A stretch of 64,000 nucleotides of DNA. Source: Owenia fusiformis. Lineage: Eukaryota. The notes below the pieces were generated by a model. That model searched no databases. It was not told the DNA's origin and was given only the letters and a program-made list of their open reading frames with translations. Positions within the stretch are counted from its first letter, which is position 1; every line of letters begins with the position of its first letter. Below are positions 54,701 through 64,000 of this stretch, one piece after another. A program made the position numbers and the translations under genes. Location: contig CAIIXF020000001.1 of NCBI GenBank assembly GCA_903813345.2, positions 18,042,001-18,106,000 on the forward strand, written 5' to 3'.

Positions 54701-57064
54701 CTGTAACACTTTCATTCATCTGTCATTTTTCATCAGTTTTAAATATTGGCTTGGCCATTCTCTCGGACAAAGTTCATTGGTATAAAGGGTTTCTTGGGAG
54801 AAAACACTCTAATACACACACCACAATACAAAATCATATAGAGTCCATTCTGATACTCATTATACTCCAAATACCTCATTTTGATACCCTAAGTAATATC
54901 TTTTAAAACAAAAGTAGAAATACGAATGAAACGTCAATAAAACACCCATTGATGATACATTTTGATAATACAGTAATGCATAACTTCAATTATGATATAT
55001 CCCATAAGTTATAATTATGTATCCCATTAATCATATAGTGTTACATATGCCCTGTGAATCACACATTTCTGTCGTTATTGCCTCTCAATAGGGAGTTTAT
55101 ATTAACAACCTCATTACGATCTCGTAAGCTATTATCGGGATATATAATGAAAATGCTGCGCCTGTCGAGAATGTAATACCAAAATTATATCTAAACGTTT
55201 CGGTAGGTGTCAGCACAATATAGACTGACCATATAATGCCACTAAGAGACAAATGTCTGTGACCTTTAGGGAAGCGACATAAATTTTCATACTTTTACAT
55301 CTGACAGGGGGATATTGGGTTACAGATAATACGAGGCTCAAGGGTATTAGTTCTTCTTCTTACAATTTACGCTTCTGAGCCCAATTTGCATTTCTGGATT
55401 CGTTCTCACAAATCACCATGGCTTAAAACGGCTTATCTAAGGCGCTTCGGTGAAGGCTGTCTTTCACAAGAAGAAATGGAATACATCAACAAGAATTATG
55501 GGACTATGTTTCTATTTTACATTGTTTCATATTCTACCGCTACCGTCTGTATATTATTTTTTGACTTGAAATGATAATTTGAATACATAAAATACAAATC
55601 GTAATAACAGTAGCTAATGCTTTCTTTGGCTTAGTTTGGTCCTTCAAAGTATCCCGTTGTCCTTTCCTAGTTTATGGCAATTGTTAAATTTCCCAAGTAT
55701 ATTTACCTACATATTAATGAATACATAAAATGTAGTTGTTAACTTTTATAAATAAATCTTTTAATGATGATGTATTAAATAAATTTCTTCAACGGTGATA
55801 TGTTTTATAAGGTTTTCATTGAAGTCATCTGAGATATTATCATACGCTGATCTGTCTTACAATTTAAGACATATATCATGTGTAAATTATTGATACGTAC
55901 GTCGTATATATACATATGCAATGGAGCAGTGGAAATCACGAAGATAAGCCAGAAACAAGCCAGAAACACAATAAAAACGTTTTCATAATATGACTGTAAA
56001 ACACGCATGACAAAGGTGTTTCTTTCTTTCATTCGGTCAAGGTTGAGGTCTGCAATAAGGGATACCATATCATAGTTTCCCAAACAACTGGATATAATCT
56101 GTCATGTTTCCCATGTTAGTATTGTATATAGCTACAAGTATATTCTCATAAATAAATCATTGAAATATAGGTTAATTGTATGTAAAGCCTTAAGGGTGAG
56201 TCAGAAAATGATGACAATATGACTGTAATGTTACCCTGCGTGCAGAGTCTAGTTAACCTACAGACGAAGCTCTCTTTTAAGAAGTGAAGTCAAACGAATG
56301 CAAAGGGTACTGTAATGTAGGCACTTGCAACAAATAAGGTGTTCCTATATTTGTTCTTTGGCAATCTTTTTAAAATATGCTATACTTCAAAAAGTAAACC
56401 AATGATGATTGTCTAGGTTGAAAAGGAAAAAATGATATGTTCTAAATATTAATTTACCATTGGTTTCTATTAGAATTAAAAAATTGGAAAATGCATTTTT
56501 CTCTGAACCACTTTCATGCATGGATCGATAAATTAACTTATCAATCAATTTTCATAATTTTTTCGACAATACACGTGAGGATGAATGTTATACACTGACG
56601 TGAAATATGGCTTATCTAAAGCCTCATGTGACCTCTACAATTTAGTTTTAAATAAATTCAGTTTTTGAAATTAAAAAAAGTTTCACATATCATATTTAGA
56701 TAGCATTCGGTTAGAGTACAATATAAGTCAAAGTGATACTTTATATGGGGCCTTTAAGAAATGCCATCAAAATGAGTAATCGGGTTTATTAGTTTGGACA
56801 TATTCCACACATGTTGGAGTTTAATGACGTCACACACACAATGATCACTACCACTCGCCCTCTTTCAAATTCTTTAAATGATGTTCAAATTAAATTTCAA
56901 GTTAAATAGTGAGTCAATGGATTTTTGCTATTTTCTTTCAAAATAGACAATATCCCATTTGATGTATTTTTGATAACTAGTTGAAGGTAAATACAATATA
57001 TATACTTAATATCTATTTTGGTCCACCGTGAAAATGAAATCATTCTGAACTTACTTAAAACGTA

Positions 57065-57940
57065 CACTCCCCTCCATAAGTTTGGCAACCTTTTTTCTCC
57101 ATTGAACTACGTGTTAAAGCCTCTTTACGTTTGAATTTTTATTGACTTAACCGGCGATGAAATAACTTATGATATTGATGGAAACGTAACTTGACTTTAT
57201 TTCCAATACCTCCAAATTTTCTCAATTTTTTTCCTCAATTACAATAGGTCGAAAATTGATGATAAATTTGATGAATTTTTGAAAATCGTCATTCTTATAT
57301 AATCCAATGGGAAATGGAGGGTTCGGGGCAAATCAGAAATCAGGATATCTTTTCAGTAAAAGATTAAGCAAAAAATATTTTTTTATATAGAAAATTGAAT
57401 TGTCTAACTTTTTTGAACACCAAGTGTTTAGTTTATTTGATGAATATTAAAGTTACAGCGCTTCAAAGTCATTTTTGAAAATTATTTTTCGCCTCCTGTG
57501 TTATTTCAATTGGAGAGGTTTTTTGAAAAACAATTTTGACTTTAAAGCCCTATAACTTTGTTGAACCTGAAGAAACACATCAATTTTTTGTTAAATAAAG
57601 TTAGCAAATTCAATTACCTGCCTAACTCGTATTTTTGCAAGGACTCGGATGGATGGATATTCTGTCATATGACTTGCGACAAACCTACCATTTCCCATTG
57701 GTTAACATGGGAATGTCGATTTTCAAAAATTCATCAAATTCATCATCAATTTTCGAACTATTGTAATTGAGGAAAAAAATTGAGAAAATTTGGAGGTATT
57801 GGAATTAAAGTCAAATTACGTTTCCATCAATAGTATAAGTATTTTCATCTAAGGTTAAGTAAATAAAAATTCAAAGGTAAGGAGGCTTTAACACGTAGTT
57901 CAATGGGGGAAAATTGTTGCCAAACTTATGGAGGGGAGTG
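57065..57940. mobile_element. Young MITE with long TIRs (876 bp, TA TSD; Tc1/mariner-like)
   Basis: TA|CACTCCCCTCCATAAGTTTGGCAAC... and ...GTTGCCAAACTTATGGAGGGGAGTG|TA. The first 25 bp are perfectly inverted, and high-identity arms run for about 260-290 bp. Confidence 0.92.
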
Positions 57941-58021
57941 TATCTTCTTTGGTTACTGTACCATTGGAAATAAATGAGCAAATAGCGCTACCAGTTATAG
58001 TAAAATACAGAGGTTATTTAC

Positions 58022-58373
58022 CATCATGATAAATCATGACATCTCATTTCTTCTCAGCCCTGAGATGCCAGGATATAATGAGGTTGATTTGGCGATCTGG
58101 GAAAGCCCAAAATTGAGGATTTTTGAGATCGTTCATCTCAGCTCATATTCCATCTAATCATAAAACGTGTGTACTTGTGCCTGTTCTAACATCTGCTGTT
58201 AAATACAATGCCTATTATGTAATGAATTGACATTGAGGTAAATGATTACATGATAACTATCACACTTGCTGACAGTTATAACTCTTCCCATCTGATATGC
58301 TCATAGAATATTCCTCATTAATATCAGAGCATGTTTCAAGTGAAACAGAAAAGTTGCTATGAGTATCAAAATG
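58022..58373. mobile_element. Small MITE with imperfect CAT...ATG TIRs and 9-bp TSD (Mutator-like)
   Basis: Ends are CATCATGATAAATCATGACATCT and AGTTGCTATGAGTATCAAAATG. Flanks GTTATTTAC / GTTATTTCC match at 8 of 9 positions. Confidence 0.65.
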
Positions 58374-60818
58374 GTTATTTCCTCGGAGAGATTAAGTATT
58401 GGTTTTATTCCTCGTGACAATATGATATTTCATAAATATTCCAATAACTTTTAATGAATTTTTATCCCATGGTATACACAACTTTTTCATGAATCATCAG
58501 TTCAGAATCAATATCTGATTCTTGTATGATACAAATCCAGGGTATATTTTTAGTCTTCACAAATATGACTTAACTTTTCGACTTTTTGAAATATGAAAAC
58601 TTTATTGAATGACATCAACACATCAACATAAAGATCAGCAACATTTTACACTGAACGAAATAGAAAGTATTGGTTGTTTGGCAAAATTTCCCGGGAGGTG
58701 AATACGATTTTCGCGAAAGGAGTGGGAGGTGAATACGATTTTCTTGGATTGGGTAGGGACAATGAGATTTTCAATATCAAAAGTATTCCCAGGTGTTATT
58801 CATCGTGGGATAACCATCATAAAGTGGGATAACAGTCTGGTAATTCACACTTCTCCATTGAACTACATATTTAAGGGAAATACTTTCTAACACTAGTAGT
58901 AGTTTGATTTTGTTCCTTTTGAAAATCGTCATCCCTACTCTTTGAGTTAGAGATAATATTTTGATCTAGCCTTAACCAATCAGAATACTGACCATACGGT
59001 CAATAAAAATCAACTCCCCTATCGAAATTGCATTCACCAATATGGCAATTGAAATGTCCAATTCAAACGAAATTAGGAGCTTTTCGATTTGGAGATGACT
59101 TAAAACGATGAGTTACAAGATTTTTTTGCGACTGGCTCAGTAATCTATATTGAATATCAATTCAAAATAAATTGTAAATTCATTTTTATGTTATTGCACT
59201 CATTGGCATAACTAAACCGTTTAATTCAAGCCAATCAGCCAAACCTATTACGGGGGCATGGTATCCATATGCTTAGTCAGTATAACCAAATGTTTGGTTT
59301 GAAACGTTTTGCATTCATAGGACCAAGAAACGTTCGGAATGTCCTTGTCCATAAATCTGGAATTCGATCTTTTGCCCTTTGACCATTTTCATCTTATCTG
59401 GGCTGTATCTTTCGACAGACTAGTTCCCACGACTGTTACAAGTCGTGCAATTGATATTAGGTAGATGTCTTGTGTATATTCTCCTCTCTTGATATATGAT
59501 ATGGTTTGATCATGTTCTTTGTTTCCTTGATTTGGAATATCGTATTTAAAACTACATATTCAGTTTAGAGTTTCCTACATCGATGTACATTATGACATCT
59601 AATATGCCATTAATATGGGTAAATCATCATCACCAATTGATGATTTATTGACCGATTGCTGGAGGAACGGTGCTAACACCACAATTTAACAGTTACGAAA
59701 CGTATAGTCCCATGTATAATATGTGTAATAAGATGTTTTCTTCGAAAGATTATATATTCCTATTATCCTTGCTCCAAAACCAATAATTCATGCATGATTT
59801 TCTTTTGGTTTAAGGGAGTTAATTTCCCATACACTTCTAATTTGCAAAATACTGATTATAAAGATATGCTTAGGTCATCAGAGTGCCTGTAAACATATAT
59901 ATTACGCTTATCGTCATTTTCTTCATTACAAATGTACACTCCAATTGTAGGAAAACTCGATGTTCTTGCACAGGCTATTACGATAAATCAAAGAAACAAC
60001 GACCATCGCATTACAAAGTCTGATTTATTTTCCATACTGCCATGATAAAGCAAAATGTAATCCAAAAACTGGATTCAAATAAATGTTAATAAGTTTGCAC
60101 AAATGCATTTGGCGTGCAAAGAATACGAAAAATAACTAATGAGATATGATAACGTTTCCAGGAGATATTATTGCATGCAGATTTATTCATGGAGGCTAAT
60201 GGATCGACCATTAATCCACATGGTTGGAGAAGGGGTCGAACGTCATAGCAATATATTTAAAATAGATTTATTTCAATTTGATAATAACCAAATGTTTTGT
60301 AATTTGCTGTCTTTCTATTGAAAGAAACATATCAGAACACAACATACCATAGAATCTTAAATCACAACCGGAAAATGAATCAAACCCAAGCATCCCACAC
60401 TATTGTCTAGAACGTTCAAATAAAAACCAAGGTCGATCTACACAATTTAGGAATTATTATCTCAATCCAAAACCTCGAGATCATTGACATTTAATTTATA
60501 CTGGAGTAACTTCAAATGCTTTTAAAAAACATACTTCGAAGAATTAAGTGCAATAATCCTTGTATTTCAATAAAATCAAAGACTAGCATAAAAGCTCTAG
60601 CTCAGAATATTTTGCTCGCGTGTAGACGAGTTTAATCATGGTCTCTCTTGAATAGAATATGACGGTCTTTACTATTTACAACGTACGCGTGTCTATATTT
60701 GCACGTGTCATGCTCAAAATCGAAACCCCCAAAGGCAACATCTGAAAAAGAATTCATGACTAATGTATAAACGAATAATTATTACGTGTATTAACTTATA
60801 TGAAAACCACAGAAGTGG

Positions 60819-60887
60819 CATCATGATATACCATGACATCTCAAATCTTCTCAGGTGAAACAGAAAGATGCTATGAGTATCAGAATG
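60819..60887. mobile_element. 69-bp internally deleted member of the 58022-58373 family
   Basis: Both ends of the 58 kb element are joined at CTTCTCAG|GTGAAACAG, with a perfect 9-bp TSD CAGAAGTGG (60810-60818 and 60888-60896). Confidence 0.75.
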
Positions 60888-63800
60888 CAGAAGTGGCGTC
60901 AGTTATACTCTGGGTAAAGTATGGGTAAAATTCTTTGATCTATTTAGATTTTCAATTACACGTTAGGAAACATGTTGGTTTTCGTATGAAGTGTTTCAAA
61001 CATTCAAATTCCAGTTGATTTCAAATCTTGTAAATGTACGTACTGGGTCTGAAAATCCCCTCACAACATCTTGAGTTGATCACTTGAATATGTTTAGAAT
61101 ATTCAGCTGTGCTCTGACCGCACGATAACCCCTGCTCTGTTGACCAGTCATAAACTGTTTCATCAGTTTATTTTCTTCAGCCATATTGCGAACCTTAATG
61201 AATCTAGATGTCAGTACCATGAGTTGGATTCACTTTGGATGTTGATTATATTAAGTAGCAACATTTTCCAAATTTTTCCTATTTAAACGTTTTTTCTTGT
61301 GTTATAACATAGCCCCTCGTTTACGCGGTAGTTATACCATCTTTCTCACTGCTATACCCAATGGCTATCGTGGGATCCATAGTCTGTTCTATATAGTTTC
61401 CCATGGAATAGACACACTTTTCATATAAAGAGAGTGTCTGATAAACCAGAGTGCCCAATGGACCATAGAAGTGTTTTTGATTGACCATTGCTTTACACCG
61501 TTGCAGATGTTTCATTTTCTTGGTCTGTTTTGTAACATGTTTTCCTTTTGGGACGTGTGCATGACATAGTGTGTACACCAAAGGCTGTTGTTGATACCTA
61601 GACGAAGAGATTTAGACGGCCATTTTTCTTCCCCTTGTTTTTGCAAATTGAGTTGATATATGTGTGTCAGTAATCCGTTTGTTTAACAATGATATACACC
61701 TAAGAAATAATGCTTTGGTAATTGGAACATAACCTAACGCCAACCAACCCTACGGAACACATGCATAATGCATTACTTTTAATTTAAACGGAAATGGTTT
61801 CTCCCTTCCTATAATTGAAACCTGGGAATATATAGAATTTAGACCAGTATAAATATTCCTTCAACGTTTCTGTTCATTTCTGGTCATTAGAAACCAAATG
61901 GAAAAAGTGATTTATTCTAGATTTATAGTAGGGAATTTACACATAATTCCCGTTAATCAATCTTTAACGAATGTATCTAATCTGGGGCGGGAATGAGATT
62001 GTAAAGATGACTGTATTAGAAGGTTGGTCAAGTAGATAGTTCACATATATCATCCCCGCGACACATTTGCATCACGGTATACTCCCAAGTCATCATGTTA
62101 GTAATTTGATTTGTTAATGTGAACTTATGGACCATGCAGAATCTATACATCAACTCCGATTTTTTGACATCTGGCATGAGTAATTAGGTTTATGCATAAT
62201 ATTACTTTGTGGAAAATGACATTTAACAAATATGTTTCTATTTTATGAGCATTTTATTATCGTTTTTTATTAATCTATGTAGTTAAACTTTGGTCATTAC
62301 CTTGGCATGCTAAACCGATGTATTCGTTACTTTGATTTCAAAAATCATCCATTAACAGAGAAACCTATCATATTTCCTCTTTTAAATATGTTTCAATACA
62401 ACGACCTTATTTTAAACAATATACAGCCTGTATGTATGGAGCAACGGCTTTAATTATTGCAATTTTCAAAATATATTTAATTAACTTTAGCGACCAAGGT
62501 TCCTGAAAAAGCGCGTTTTGCATAATTGTTCCAACGGCACCAGGGGCATATGCATTATGGATTGAACACATTTGTTTAAGGTTTTAAAATTTGATGGCAT
62601 TTGTTTTTATGGCATGTGCAGGTGATGATACTTCTACCAGATTTGTCTTATACATTTACACTTATTAAAATGATTAGATATGAAAAAACTATAGCCGATC
62701 TAAATCAATTATTGATGCATATTTGACAAACAAATATTATCTATGAGAAAACCCATTACCACTTTCCGATGTCTGTGGCTTTCCTGAAACCATTCTAATT
62801 CATCAGAGTCATCATAAGACAAAACATTTTCCAAGCCATCAGATTCCAAAAGTAAATCAGTGCATCTCGAGGAATAAATTAATATCTAAGAATGTCTACA
62901 TATTCCAAGGGAGAATTCGGTGAATCCCTCAATGCCTTGAAACGCATTGGCGAGTTGTATATTCCCGTTCGATAACACATCGTGAGATTCAAATATGGCC
63001 AGCGGAGGGACAAACCCTATATCTAGAATACAAGGTTACAAACAATGCCATCTCTGAATTCGAATATATTAAAAGCTGGTGAAATTGGACAAAAGACAGA
63101 AGCCTAGATGCTATTTGACAACATCAATTTTTCAAGAATTCAACATTACCACACAAACAAAAGAATCTTTAGTATTGGTAATGGTTGCAAAATTGGAAGG
63201 CTGTATTTTTGTGTCACCCTGTGCATAACACATGTACCACACTTTGTTAATCAACAAATGCAAATAAATGCCTTGAACGCCATATAATAAGCATCACCCT
63301 GCACATGAATTGAGCAATTTTTCTACCTTTTCACGTTCTTTCTATCATGTAAAACGTAGATGTAACGTGTATATTATCATTTGATTATATCGGTAGATGT
63401 TAAGATTCAGAAGCACACTTTATATTTATTGGGGGTTGGTTCATATTAGTTGAAATTCATGTTCATATTTTTCATGTTTCGTTGCGTTGGATCTTAGCTG
63501 ATATCGATGCCTGGAATGTGAAGAAACACTTGAAAACTGAAATATGATTGTTCCCCCCAGTGGCTCTGGCAGCTGCACTCTAAGGGCTAAGTGGTTGATG
63601 AAATATGGTAGTTTTATCTGGTTAAAAGTAAGGGTTGTACTGGAACGAACTTTGTGTCTCACATCAAGTTTATGGCTGTCCAAAACATCCACATAGCAAG
63701 TTGCCAGTATTTCTAATAAAGTAGAACAACGGCCTACTGTACGTCGTGGTTACCTATTATTTTAAGTCTTACATTTTTGCAGTTAACACGTTTGACTTTA

Positions 63801-64000
63801 TACTTATATATTTTCGATACTAGTTCTGAATAATCAGGGGGCCTGTGTTGTTCCATGCTCTTTTCTTGTTGCACAGAGAGGGAACAGTGCTTTGCTTTTT
63901 GACAAAATTCCAGTTCTTAATTCCTCAATCAGAATAAACAAAATATTGGCATCGAGTTTAACATTTTATTTCACATCTGTGATTGAAACAGTAAAATCGT

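Noticed and set aside
1-64000. miR-iab-4/8, miR-993, miR-196, tRNA/rRNA genes, a second homeobox
   Set aside because: Not seen on reading either strand. A by-eye search could miss diverged copies.

Overview
AT-rich eukaryotic (metazoan) DNA, not prokaryotic. It is most consistent with part of a lophotrochozoan (probably molluscan) Hox cluster. There is one recognisable protein-coding gene: a two-exon Hox gene on the + strand (37259-37691 joined to 41098-41360, 231 aa). Its MNSYF N-terminus, FYPWM hexapeptide, [12 protein letters not shown] linker/homeodomain and Ubd-A parapeptide identify it as Lox4. About 17 kb upstream on the same strand is a miR-10-family hairpin (TTACCCTGTAGAACCGAGCGAGTG, 20015-20038). 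This is not the canonical miR-10, and it is not in the canonical Hox4-Hox5 position. The region after the Lox4 stop carries four GGGTAA cores, including a 7mer-A1 and an 8mer for the 5'-UU isoform of that miRNA, split by alternative AATAAA signals. Together these suggest a cis-linked Hox miRNA / alternative-3'UTR circuit, the most interesting candidate system here. Lox4 also has a uORF abutting its start codon and a 56-codon open frame after its TGA. The rest is non-coding: candidate Hox/Pbx enhancers, a 33-bp minisatellite, and many non-autonomous DNA transposons. These include a CAC...GTG element with a 5-bp TSD (Transib/RAG-like), Tc1/mariner MITEs, a Kolobok-like foldback, a 9-bp-TSD family with a 69-bp member, and a Crypton-like palindrome. 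The other short ORFs in the track look like noise. All family calls come from motifs read by eye; no database search was run.
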